IMG/VR virus record: IMGVR_UViG_3300044513_003764
Span: 14,451-78,450 of that record
DNA from: a virus
Taxonomy: Duplodnaviria > Caudoviricetes
Reading direction: 5' to 3' (one strand)
DNA length: 64,000 nucleotides
The first letter of the stretch is position 1. The number at the start of each line of letters is the position of its first letter. A program made the position numbers and the translations under genes. Of the stretch, positions 27,892 to 36,636 are shown in pieces. The notes beneath the pieces were generated by a model, which worked only from the letters and a program-made list of their open reading frames with translations, ran no database searches and was not told the origin of the DNA.

Positions 27892-27975
27892 GAGGGTTCG
27901 GGTAGGCTTTTCGTCGTTTCGCCCCCGAGGTAACTCATCCTGACTGCCAAGCGCTTGGTGGTCGAGGGAGCCCTC
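27892..27975 (+). ncRNA. candidate structured RNA or 5' leader
   Basis: Outer 8-bp stem GAGGGTTC/GAGCCCTC enclosing a GAG-GTAA-CTC hairpin and a GACTGCCAA-GCGC-TTGGTGGTC hairpin. Confidence 0.35.
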
Positions 27976-27986
27976 ATGCAAATCAA

Positions 27987-28313
27987 ATGGACACCAGCAT
28001 CAGAGAAACCAAAGAGATCCTCAAGGCTCTCCAGAGCATTGATGTCTCGCTCCAACTCCTAGCCAGCGCTCAAGGAGAGCGGCGGAGGACCACGGCTTTC
28101 GTGTCTAAGAAGGTCATCACGCAGCGTCTAAACATCCCTGCTGTTGCCTTGGACAAACTCATTCACCAAGGGATTGCCTCTAGAGGCGCATCAGGTCTGG
28201 TGGAGGGTAAACACTACTGCAAATTAGATCCATCAGATAACAACAGCGCTAAATTCCTATACGATGCACAGGCGATCATCGACTCTGCCTGGGAGGGTTT
28301 CAAGAATGTCTGA
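27987..28313 (+). CDS. putative excisionase/MerR-like HTH protein
   Basis: FVSKKVITQRLNIPAVALDKLI...LVEGKHY...FLYD pattern. Confidence 0.5.
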   Translation: MDTSIRETKEILKALQSIDVSLQLLASAQGERRRTTAFVSKKVITQRLNIPAVALDKLIHQGIASRGASGLVEGKHYCKLDPSDNNSAKFLYDAQAIIDSAWEGFKNV

Positions 28314-28725
28314 TCTGTCCGGTAGAGCTAAGCAGCTCATCAAGACCCTCTTTGGTGGCAACGAAACCGAGAACATGATCGCGGCGGGTGTCGCCCGGAC
28401 GATCATCGCTGACATCACACGGCTTTACTTCGAGAACCGAGCTGCTCTCGGTAAAGGGATTCTGGTCTTCAATCCCACCGATCCGGAGAAGAGCAAATAC
28501 CTCACCGTCACTGATCTCGAAAGTGACCTCGCTGTTGCTCAGGAGATGTGTCACGAGGAGGCGAGCGAGATGTTCCAGAAGATTATTAAGTTCATCGAAA
28601 AAGAAAGCGAAGCTGATCTGGCACTCGTAGCTCTGATCGATGGAGGCGGTGTCGCGCTCCACATCCTCGACGCCAAAGAAGCGAACACCCGGATCGATGA
28701 GTTCAAAAACGGACTTATCTATTAA
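28306..28725 (+). CDS. hypothetical protein
   Basis: Likely start MSDLSGR at 28306, overlapping the upstream stop. Confidence 0.65.
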   Translation: MSDLSGRAKQLIKTLFGGNETENMIAAGVARTIIADITRLYFENRAALGKGILVFNPTDPEKSKYLTVTDLESDLAVAQEMCHEEASEMFQKIIKFIEKESEADLALVALIDGGGVALHILDAKEANTRIDEFKNGLIY

Positions 28726-29287
28726 GGACTTTGTTTCCCCTCCGGAGATTATCGCCACGGCTGCGGCTCTCTTTGAAGGGGAAATAGATCTAGATCCTGC
28801 TTCTAGCGAACACGCGAATACAATCGTTCAAGCGAACCGGTACTTCACTCGCGAAAACAACGGTTTATTCCAGGACTGGCGAGCGAAGAACATTTATCTG
28901 TTTCCACCTAGAGAAATCCTTTACAAATCTCAGCAACCTGAAAACAAACTTCTCTACGAGAAGAAACACCAGTTCAAAAAGTCAGCACAACGAGTGTGGC
29001 TTGAGGAGGCACGTCGCAAGTGGTTAAGGCAAGAGTTCGACCAGGGGCTGATCTTTATTACATCTACCGAGGTAGCTCTGCTGTCCACGCAACGAATCGG
29101 ATTTGACTACCCAATGTGCGTACTGAAGGAAAAGCCGAAATTACTCGTCGACGAAGCTGGCCTACCAAAAATTAGACACACTAAAGCTCTGGGCTTTCTT
29201 TTCTATCTGCCGCCTACTGAGGCCTACCAAACTGGGGTGCAGAACTTCTATAACTTGTGTAGTACTCTGGGACGGGTGTATATCTGA
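28697..29287 (+). CDS. degenerate phage Dam-family (PF05869-like) adenine methyltransferase homolog
   Basis: DFVSPPEII...IDLDPASSEHAN...YFTRENNGLFQDW matches the family; catalytic NPPY reads FPPR. Confidence 0.65.
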   Translation: MSSKTDLSIKDFVSPPEIIATAAALFEGEIDLDPASSEHANTIVQANRYFTRENNGLFQDWRAKNIYLFPPREILYKSQQPENKLLYEKKHQFKKSAQRVWLEEARRKWLRQEFDQGLIFITSTEVALLSTQRIGFDYPMCVLKEKPKLLVDEAGLPKIRHTKALGFLFYLPPTEAYQTGVQNFYNLCSTLGRVYI

Positions 29288-29540
29288 TCGGGTCAGCGGT
29301 ATCCCAGGATTCATCAGGACCGTAGTTGTCCCTTTCGCCGAAACCAACGCCAACAGGCTCAGAAGAACTTAGTTTTCTGCGTGCCTCGCGGTCTTGCCTC
29401 CGACTACGTTCTCTCTCAGCGGTTTGGAACAGCTCACCGGCAAACCTAAATCCACGGGTTGTTTTTTCTAGGTGAGAAAAACGCCGCGCACCAAAACTCT
29501 CCGCACGACGTTCTGAACCGGTTGGAGCAATGTTCGCCAT
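29214..29540 (-). CDS. hypothetical protein
   Basis: 108-aa ORF at the end of the minus-strand virion operon; convergent overlap with the MTase-like gene. Confidence 0.55.
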   Translation of the reverse strand: MANIAPTGSERRAESFGARRFSHLEKTTRGFRFAGELFQTAERERSRRQDREARRKLSSSEPVGVGFGERDNYGPDESWDTADPIRYTPVPEYYTSYRSSAPQFGRPQ

Positions 29541-30295
29541 CAGATGTTGTAGGACATCAGGCGCTGTACATCAGGGCTGCTGCTGAGAGTAGAGGTGTAT
29601 GCAGCTAAGGTGTCGCCACCGCCCCTGATCAGTTTTTGAGTCTGAGGGTCGGCGTAGCTGTACTGCTCCCGATAAGCAGGGCCGAGAGTCATCACACTCT
29701 TGATCGCCTCAGGATCAATAGGGGCGACAGCATCGGGTGCTTTAAATGCACGCTCATAATCAGGGCTGCGCATCAAGCTGTACTGCTTGGTTATGTCCTG
29801 AATTCGTCCGCCGAGACGGTCGTACGGCTCGTCAATACGAGGATCAACATTCAGGTCTTCGCGAGCCTGAATGTAGATTTTATCCATCGTGTCGCTGAAG
29901 TCTTTGTAGTACTCACCACGCGCTTCCTCAGTAGGTAGACCAGTCAGGTCCCCGAGACGGTCGTACACCTCACGAATCTGACCGAGAGTCTCTCCCATCC
30001 ACTCCTTAATAGTATCGATCGACTGTTGCTGGGTTCCGCCTTGAGCAGTGGTGAACATATCCCCGATGCCACCTGCAACGCGTGACAGCCCCGGAATCGC
30101 GTTGGCGATTGTTCCTAAAACTCCGCCGCCTCTAGCACTTGTGAAGGAAGGACCCGTCCCAAAAGTCCCGGCAGTATCGACACCAAAACCGCCGCCCCAG
30201 CTAGAGCCGCCGCCCCAGTTGGTGGTGGGGAGTGATCCACCCGGCAGACTCGCAGGGGTCACACCTGCATAACTAGGGATTTCGTAGAGAGCCAT
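29540..30295 (-). CDS. hypothetical, probable internal virion protein
   Basis: Gly-rich N-terminus, helical C-terminus; operon context. Confidence 0.65.
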   Translation of the reverse strand: MALYEIPSYAGVTPASLPGGSLPTTNWGGGSSWGGGFGVDTAGTFGTGPSFTSARGGGVLGTIANAIPGLSRVAGGIGDMFTTAQGGTQQQSIDTIKEWMGETLGQIREVYDRLGDLTGLPTEEARGEYYKDFSDTMDKIYIQAREDLNVDPRIDEPYDRLGGRIQDITKQYSLMRSPDYERAFKAPDAVAPIDPEAIKSVMTLGPAYREQYSYADPQTQKLIRGGGDTLAAYTSTLSSSPDVQRLMSYNI

Positions 30296-30325
30296 TTACA
30301 GGGACCGTCCTTTTCTAATACTAAA

Positions 30326-31189
30326 TCAAACTAAGCTGCTAGGGCTTTTAAAAGCCTTCATGGCGGATAAGGAAGCCTCCATCATCCCCCGCTTTGTTCT
30401 TTCAACGTTGCTAAGGAACTCCTCAACGCCCTTTCTTTTTTGCTGCTCAAGAGCTTCAGCCCTTTTAGCGGCGTCTCGTTCTGCTAGTAGTTCCTTTAGG
30501 TCACTCTTACTCACGTAATCCTTAGGCTCCTCAGCTTTCGGTGCTTCTGCTTTATCACCTTTACTTTTCCCTAAGACAGCATCAGCTAAGACCTTGCCCA
30601 AAGCCTCTCCGAGATATTCGTAAGCCTTGTCCTGCTCTTGAGTCCCAGCAGTATCCGTCTGCGCGCCGGGAGCCACGGCGACTTCTGCAGTTTCTTCGGG
30701 ACGACTGATATCGCCATGACCAACTCGGAAGACAACCTGACCGCTCGGGTCAGTAGCCTCTGAGAAGTATCCGTAACCCTCTCCTGTCGAGCGGCGTACC
30801 TTACCTCCCGCCACGCCGGGAATATAAATTGAAGCGCCCTCTACAGCACCAGGCTCGAAACGGGACTTGCCTTTGAACGGAGCGTAAAAGTCAACCGACT
30901 GCCAACCTGGGTGAGAACTGTGGCTATGAGCGGCTGCCGCTTTGTTTAGAAGGTCGACCTTATCGGAGAGATCTAAGGAAGGGTTCCAGCGTGCGCCTGC
31001 TACAGAAGGGTTAGAGAACTCAATCTCTCTACCGATGGACTGATATTGTCGTGCGAGGCTATCCAGAGCTTGGACTTTCTGCGCAATAGGAAGCGACTCA
31101 AGTAACTTGAGGTCAATATGGTAATCAGTCGAACCGCCAATTTTTGCACTAGGACCCGTGTAGCCGGACCTAATAGGTGTAAATGACAC
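30326..31189 (-). CDS. M23-peptidase-like protein, apparently circularly permuted
   Basis: SVDFYAP...GGKV...GYGY...RVGHG follows the M23 core; the TG..STxxHxx motif is at the N-terminus (YTGPSAKIGGSTDYHIDL). Confidence 0.55.
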   Translation of the reverse strand: MSFTPIRSGYTGPSAKIGGSTDYHIDLKLLESLPIAQKVQALDSLARQYQSIGREIEFSNPSVAGARWNPSLDLSDKVDLLNKAAAAHSHSSHPGWQSVDFYAPFKGKSRFEPGAVEGASIYIPGVAGGKVRRSTGEGYGYFSEATDPSGQVVFRVGHGDISRPEETAEVAVAPGAQTDTAGTQEQDKAYEYLGEALGKVLADAVLGKSKGDKAEAPKAEEPKDYVSKSDLKELLAERDAAKRAEALEQQKRKGVEEFLSNVERTKRGMMEASLSAMKAFKSPSSLV

Positions 31190-31200
31190 GACGACCTTAT

Positions 31201-32019
31201 TTAAACCAGTGGATCAATTCTAAACGTAGACTGCACAGCCTCCATCAAGTCGGCCATCCGAGATTTAGCCTTATCAGACTCAGAGATAAACTGCAGAACT
31301 CTCTGAGCCTCCTGGTCACGAACAGCGTTATTACTCTTATCCTCAGAAAGAAGACTTAGTAGTTCTTCGCGGGTGATTGGTTCGTCAATCTCCTCGGCTC
31401 TAGCTGCAGTCGGAAGTGGAGGGGCCTCGAGCTTAGATCGATCGCCTAGACGTTTTAGGAACGAATCCAAGAAACCGCCGATGCGGCGCACTACATCTAC
31501 ATCGGCTTCTTTCGCGGGCGCCTGATAGCGAGGTGCTTGATTCTTGTTGCTACCGGAAAAAGAAATCAGTTCTTTAGCACTCTTAACGGGCTGACCGTAT
31601 GCGCTCTTACCCTCCAGGGTGGGGACCGAAGCCCACTCTCCAGATAATCGAGCAAGTGTAGTTGGGGTAATCGGGTCTCGATCGGGGTCAACACCACGCT
31701 GACGTATCAGCTCGAGTGCACCGAGATCCTGCGATAAGGGGCTGAAATCTGGGAGACCGAGCTTCCGTTGGACACTTTCCCAGGTTTGGGGCATGAACTG
31801 ATACGCACCCGCAGCTGCACTTGCGTATCCGCCACTCTTAACAACCTGATTTGGATGCCGACTCAGGTCGGCGATAGGTTTGTAGCCAAACGTAATAGCG
31901 TAACGAGGACCACTTCCGCCCCAGGTACCCTCAGCGAAAGATAAAGTATCGAGCCAACGACGTGCGTTAGGGCTTATTTTCGCGCCGTCACTCATCCTCG
32001 AGTTCTTCGAATATACCAA
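31201..32019 (-). CDS. lambda-R-type lysozyme / lytic transglycosylase (GH104), probably virion-associated
   Basis: LDTLSFAEGT, SAAAGAYQFMPQTW, DFSPLSQDLGA and EWASVP motifs. Confidence 0.88.
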   Translation of the reverse strand: MVYSKNSRMSDGAKISPNARRWLDTLSFAEGTWGGSGPRYAITFGYKPIADLSRHPNQVVKSGGYASAAAGAYQFMPQTWESVQRKLGLPDFSPLSQDLGALELIRQRGVDPDRDPITPTTLARLSGEWASVPTLEGKSAYGQPVKSAKELISFSGSNKNQAPRYQAPAKEADVDVVRRIGGFLDSFLKRLGDRSKLEAPPLPTAARAEEIDEPITREELLSLLSEDKSNNAVRDQEAQRVLQFISESDKAKSRMADLMEAVQSTFRIDPLV

Positions 32020-32221
32020 TATTAGTATCTATAACCACGCCGATTTCGCTCATAACCGATTTGTAGGCGCGCTCTCGGCAGACAAAACGGAAAATTGTTT
32101 TCCAAAGAAACTGGTCCCGCTCCTCTCCTTTAAGGGAATGAGCTTCGTTTTTAAGACGAGTAAGGGTGAAGTCGTCCTCCAGCGTTAGGCCGACTTTGAT
32201 CTGATCATGATCCTTGGCCAC
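31988..32221 (-). CDS. nblA: NblA-like phycobilisome degradation protein (paralog 2)
   Basis: LTLEDDFTLTRLKNEAHSLKGEERDQFLWKTIFRFVCRERAYKSVM aligns by eye, without gaps, to NblA (L.LE..F...FL.......RE..Y). Confidence 0.7.
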   Translation of the reverse strand: MAKDHDQIKVGLTLEDDFTLTRLKNEAHSLKGEERDQFLWKTIFRFVCRERAYKSVMSEIGVVIDTNIGIFEELEDE

Positions 32222-32274
32222 GATCGAAACCCCTTCTTATACCAGTTTACACGCAAAAATTAAGAATTGTGTGC

Positions 32275-32523
32275 TTACCATGACTTACATGCCCAATAAC
32301 GAGGCTTCAGCTTGCTTCCGGGGTTATCGCAGTTGTGACGAGCCCGGAAACTTTCGCGCCGTTCGGGTATGTGCTTCTTGATCGTCATGTTTGGATCACC
32401 GAATCTCACGAGACGCACCTCGTCACCTTCTTTTGCTGCCACAGCGAACTTTTTACCGCCATCCGAGTCCCGGCGGGGCTGGTTGTATCCTTTAAACACC
32501 TCACCAGCGATGCGGATCGACAT
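32275..32523 (-). CDS. small basic conserved phage protein
   Basis: VRFGDPNM...RRESFRARHNC...YWACKSW motif, widespread in phages. Confidence 0.7.
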   Translation of the reverse strand: MSIRIAGEVFKGYNQPRRDSDGGKKFAVAAKEGDEVRLVRFGDPNMTIKKHIPERRESFRARHNCDNPGSKLKPRYWACKSW

Positions 32524-32651
32524 CGTGTTGCATTCGTCTTGCAGTTAGTCTAGGAGATCTAAAACGAAAGAAATCCTAAAAACGAAATTCACCTAATCAC
32601 TTCTAAAGAATTCCTGCTACTCTCTAAGCGTCCTCCACATTCACCTCAAGG

Positions 32652-32918
32652 TTGCCAATGGAGACTGCACGGCTCCTGACCATCGCTCAGACCGCAGAGC
32701 TGCTTAACTGCTCTGCAGGTTTTGTGCGCAAGCGTATTGCTCTGACCGAATCCAACCAGCCTGGTGGTTGGCCTAAGGGTATCTTCGTAAATCTTCAGCC
32801 CAACGGCGCTAAGTCTCTTTATCGCATCAACCAAGATGCACTTCAGGATTATCTGAAAGGTGAAGCTGCAGGCTCCAATGAAGCTAAAGTAGAAGAAGCA
32901 TCTGCTTGCGCTGTCTGA
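32652..32918 (+). CDS. excisionase-like HTH DNA-binding protein
   Basis: LLTIAQTAELLNCSAGFVRKRI...LYRINQDALQDYL (HTH_17-like). Confidence 0.7.
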   Translation: MPMETARLLTIAQTAELLNCSAGFVRKRIALTESNQPGGWPKGIFVNLQPNGAKSLYRINQDALQDYLKGEAAGSNEAKVEEASACAV

Positions 32919-32927
32919 TAACGGGCC

Positions 32928-33470
32928 ATGGCTTCTTCCTCTCTCGCTGATATCTTCCAGAGCGCTGCTCAGGCACCGACTCAAGAAATCGTGACTGAAG
33001 AAGTCATTGTTACGAAGGAGGCCACCCCGGACAACCTTGTTTTCCGGATGGTCTCCTTTGCTTCTTATCTCTACCAACTGAATACCCAAGCGCATTTGCT
33101 GCACCTAAATGTCGAGTGCAGCAACTTCCTGGCTATCCACGAGTTCCTTAAGGCTCAGTACGAGCAGCACATCGCTGACTTCGATGTAGTTGCCGAGCTA
33201 GTACGCAGCATGGACTATCTGATGCCCATGTGTCAGTGCGGTCTTATGGACGCCTATAAAAAATTCCCTGCCGTCAAGACCTACGACGCGAAAGAAGGGT
33301 TGACGCTTTACACCAAGAATCTCGAGGCAGGCGGGATGCTTGCTAAAGACCTTGTAGACGCAGCTCGGGAAACCGGTGCGCCCGATGTGGAGAACCACGC
33401 TGCTACGATCTGCGGCAACATGTTCAAGTCAGCTTGGATGCTGAAGGCTACTCTCCGGACCTCTATGTGA
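32928..33470 (+). CDS. dps: Dps family ferritin-like protein
   Basis: HLLHLNVECSNFLAIHEFLKAQYEQHIADFDVVAELVR matches Dps HWNVxGxxFxxLH...D.xAER ferroxidase motifs. Confidence 0.8.
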   Translation: MASSSLADIFQSAAQAPTQEIVTEEVIVTKEATPDNLVFRMVSFASYLYQLNTQAHLLHLNVECSNFLAIHEFLKAQYEQHIADFDVVAELVRSMDYLMPMCQCGLMDAYKKFPAVKTYDAKEGLTLYTKNLEAGGMLAKDLVDAARETGAPDVENHAATICGNMFKSAWMLKATLRTSM

Positions 33471-34020
33471 GGATCCAGCCTCCATTAGCTGAGACATAGA
33501 GACCACTAGGAGCCACATTCAAGTAGACAAGCCCTCCGCTATACGCCACTGGGAGGGCGTCTACGATGGCGATACCTGAGGCCACCTCAGCAAAGTAAGC
33601 GCCTGACGCAGCCAAGGCTCCTGAAGCAACAATGGCAGAGTTGGCAACCGTTGCAGTGTCAGCTGAACCTGCAGTAGTGGCTGAGTTCGCCGTGGTGGCC
33701 GTATCAGCAAAAGCAGCGCCAACCTTCTGCCACGCGGAACCTGTCCATACCCGAAGGTAGTAGTTAGACGTGGATGAGTCTGTCCATAACTCACCGACAG
33801 AGTTCCCAGTTGAACCAACGGGAGTCGAGTTGGGAGCTGTCGTAGCGTAGTGACTTGGACCGATCTTGCGGATAGAACCTGCAGAATCTTTGAAGTACAG
33901 ACCTGGGTCAGCGCCACCAAAACTCAGAGCAGCCTCACCCGCCTGAACTGTGGCCGTATTTGGTCTGTCAGAAGAGTTACCTGTTCTTTTTAAGAGCAGA
34001 ATTACTGGTGTTGACGCCAT
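33463..34020 (-). CDS. tail-associated protein (Mtd_N-like N-terminus)
   Basis: LLKR...GEAAL...LYFKDSAG; GELWTD...LRVWTGSAW motifs. Confidence 0.65.
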   Translation of the reverse strand: MASTPVILLLKRTGNSSDRPNTATVQAGEAALSFGGADPGLYFKDSAGSIRKIGPSHYATTAPNSTPVGSTGNSVGELWTDSSTSNYYLRVWTGSAWQKVGAAFADTATTANSATTAGSADTATVANSAIVASGALAASGAYFAEVASGIAIVDALPVAYSGGLVYLNVAPSGLYVSANGGWILT

Positions 34021-34022
34021 CC

Positions 34023-35564
34023 TTAGTACGTACCTCCATTAATCAGTGAAGGATAAGACGGATAAGGTATCAAGACGCCGTTAGCGTACTGACCTCCGTC
34101 ATAGATCAGGCTAGCCCCGCTAATAAGAACACCATTAGCGTACGTGCCCCCATCTAACTTAGGAGTCACGTCGGGATCTGGCGGTGCAAACGGATCATAT
34201 TGCTCAATCGTAAACATCTCGAATCCACTAGCCGTCATCGGCGTAGTAGTACCCGAAGCCAACGTGTCGAAGTTCAGCGTTTTCACCATCGTTGGGTGCA
34301 TATCCGGGTACATCATGTGCACCGGCACCGTGTTCTGAGAAGGTGAATACTTCTCCCACCACCGAAGGTGTTTCTGGCGTTTATCGAATGTTGTCTGCTT
34401 AACTAGGTTGATCTCAAACTCTTCCCGGTACCGATCATCCATCGGTTCGTCGGTTGGCTGAGATAACCAAGCCTGAGGGAACATGTCTGAACCGAATCGA
34501 TTCTGCATGTCCCAGAAAGAAGCATAAATATGTTTACACCAGCGAGGAGCAAAATAGATAAGATTAGGATCTGAATAGACTTTATTTCCGTCTGTGTAAG
34601 TAGGTAGGTTTAAAAGTTTTTTGACATACAGGAAACCAAAGTCTCTCGTAAAGCCGGGATAGTCCCTTGAGTCCGACTCACGCGAAGATAAGTAGTCCTC
34701 ACCCGCGTCATATAAACCGGGTTTCAGGTCTTGAGGCAGAGTGTAAGGATACCGGCGTTTGAGGCTGTATTTATAGAGATTAAAGTCTTCCCTTGCGAGG
34801 TAGTCGGGACAGTTGCATCCAAACCGCATCTCCGTGGTGAAATAGTCGCCCACGGTCGGTAGGGATGCTGGTGCCTGAAGTGTTTCGTTATTGATGACCG
34901 ACCAACTGTTATCAGTGTCCAGAGAAATGAAGATGCTGTTAAAGATCGGAGCAAAGGAGGGCTCAATCGGTGTAGTGCCGTTACCTACGCCGATGACGAC
35001 ATAGTTGTTGTAAGTGGTTTTCTCTGTACCATCAGAAGCAAAGCGGTCCGAGAGAATCTCGCCAGTAAAAAAGGAAATGGGAGGGCCGAAATTACTCGAA
35101 AGCTCGATGGCATAGACCGTACCCGAAGTCTGAGTAACTGACTTGATCGAGTAGCCGAAATCGAGGAAGTTAAAGGAGTCCCGAGGACGAATGGCCACCA
35201 TTCGCATGGCCATGTCCTGGTTCATCGAGGGGTACATGTAGCAGACGCCTGGAAGCGCTGCTCCGACGCCCACGGTTCCTGTAGTCCAGTACCTGAAAGA
35301 GTAATTAAGACCTACATACGCCTGATTGGCGTACATATAAAGCTCATATCCCCTTCTCCAACGCGTCCACATAGACGCGTAGTTGTAATCAAAGAGGATA
35401 CTGAAGTCTTTTAGGTTGAAATCCGGGCGAAACTTACGTTTAAAGGGTACAGAGTGAGATAACTGGTGAGCCGAGCTACAACCCTCAAAACTTTTAAAGG
35501 CGAACTTAGACTTCTTCGGCTGGTGGCCGCCCCAGCTGAAGTCATCGCCGCCTCTTTTTGGCAT
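34023..35564 (-). CDS. hypothetical virion-module protein with split SWIM-like zinc motif
   Basis: FGCNCPDY and WCKHIYA about 90 aa apart; C-terminal DGGTY/DGGQY/NGGTY repeats. Confidence 0.65.
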   Translation of the reverse strand: MPKRGGDDFSWGGHQPKKSKFAFKSFEGCSSAHQLSHSVPFKRKFRPDFNLKDFSILFDYNYASMWTRWRRGYELYMYANQAYVGLNYSFRYWTTGTVGVGAALPGVCYMYPSMNQDMAMRMVAIRPRDSFNFLDFGYSIKSVTQTSGTVYAIELSSNFGPPISFFTGEILSDRFASDGTEKTTYNNYVVIGVGNGTTPIEPSFAPIFNSIFISLDTDNSWSVINNETLQAPASLPTVGDYFTTEMRFGCNCPDYLAREDFNLYKYSLKRRYPYTLPQDLKPGLYDAGEDYLSSRESDSRDYPGFTRDFGFLYVKKLLNLPTYTDGNKVYSDPNLIYFAPRWCKHIYASFWDMQNRFGSDMFPQAWLSQPTDEPMDDRYREEFEINLVKQTTFDKRQKHLRWWEKYSPSQNTVPVHMMYPDMHPTMVKTLNFDTLASGTTTPMTASGFEMFTIEQYDPFAPPDPDVTPKLDGGTYANGVLISGASLIYDGGQYANGVLIPYPSYPSLINGGTY

Positions 35565-35570
35565 TTGAGC

Positions 35571-36128
35571 TTAGTAGAACCCGCCTTGAGCCCAAATAGT
35601 CACGCCAGAAGCACTCAAACCGCCTGAAACAGCGGCAGGACCGTCTCCGAGATAACCAAGGCAGAGGATATAGCCCTTTTCGAGGTAGAGAGCTTCCGAT
35701 TTACCGATTTCAATGGGGCGAACAAGGTTCGTATCGCCCGTTTGAGGGGTCGGGGCCACAGTTGCGGGGAGCTCAACCCGGTGGATCAGGCCTTCGGTAT
35801 CGCCAGAAAGACCGATTTCAAACTTTCCGACCATCAAGGAGGCGGAAGTTGAAGGAGCGGACTGGTTAGGAGCGTAGACGTACACCCCAAAGGCTGCGCT
35901 GCGGACACCGCCGTCATTGGGATAACCTTCGTTGGGGACAACAAAGATATCTTCGACAAGGGCACCGTCCTCAGAGGGGATATCGCCCACACGGACAAGC
36001 TGGATCAGGTTTCCAAACTCAGGATTGCTCGAGTCGGAGACCAGAGGAGACCCACTATTGACCTTTGCGCCCCTAAGAAAGGGACGGTCAACCATCAGGG
36101 GTTGCTTGTTGGTGCTAGTGGAGGCCAT
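35571..36128 (-). CDS. probable virion structural protein
   Basis: MASTSTNKQPLMVDRPF N-terminus; beta-rich; operon context. Confidence 0.65.
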   Translation of the reverse strand: MASTSTNKQPLMVDRPFLRGAKVNSGSPLVSDSSNPEFGNLIQLVRVGDIPSEDGALVEDIFVVPNEGYPNDGGVRSAAFGVYVYAPNQSAPSTSASLMVGKFEIGLSGDTEGLIHRVELPATVAPTPQTGDTNLVRPIEIGKSEALYLEKGYILCLGYLGDGPAAVSGGLSASGVTIWAQGGFY

Positions 36129-36163
36129 CGGTGCAGCTCAGCGAGTAAGGAGAACAGATCTAA

Positions 36164-36607
36164 CTACTTAGAGGAAGTAGTGCGAAAGTCAGGGATGGCT
36201 TCCGTCTGCAGAAACACGTCGGGACTAGTGAAGATCTTGGTCAAGATCTCTGGAGAAATCTTAAGCAGGAAATCAGAACCCGCGTTGGACGTGGTGTCGA
36301 CCGGAGTTTCGACCTCTTCGCTCAGTCCACCAGTTACTGCTTTTTCTTCACGTTTCTTTTGCTCCTCAAGACGCCTCGCAATCATGGCGTCAATATATCG
36401 ACCAAAGTTCTGCCCAGCCATGTTCGGGCGATTAAGGGGAGTGTTGTAGCGAGGAGGCAGCCCTTTTACTTGCCGAAAAATGTCAGCCGAACCTTCGACA
36501 ATGGTGGCGAGATCATTTAGCCACTGAGGTCCCCCAGAATTCCCCGCAGGGGTGGTACCCATGCTGATCCCTGGAATACCACCTTGACCGTAGTTCAAAC
36601 CAGCCAT
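36164..36607 (-). CDS. hypothetical protein
   Basis: 147-aa ORF in the virion operon. Confidence 0.6.
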   Translation of the reverse strand: MAGLNYGQGGIPGISMGTTPAGNSGGPQWLNDLATIVEGSADIFRQVKGLPPRYNTPLNRPNMAGQNFGRYIDAMIARRLEEQKKREEKAVTGGLSEEVETPVDTTSNAGSDFLLKISPEILTKIFTSPDVFLQTEAIPDFRTTSSK

Positions 36608-36636
36608 TGATTACACTCCGATAGGTTTAGTTTAAA

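Noticed and set aside
27987-32918. Temperate lifestyle implied by two excisionase-like HTH proteins and an XRE regulator
   Set aside because: No integrase, att site or divergent repressor/cro pair in the window; such HTHs are common in lytic phages
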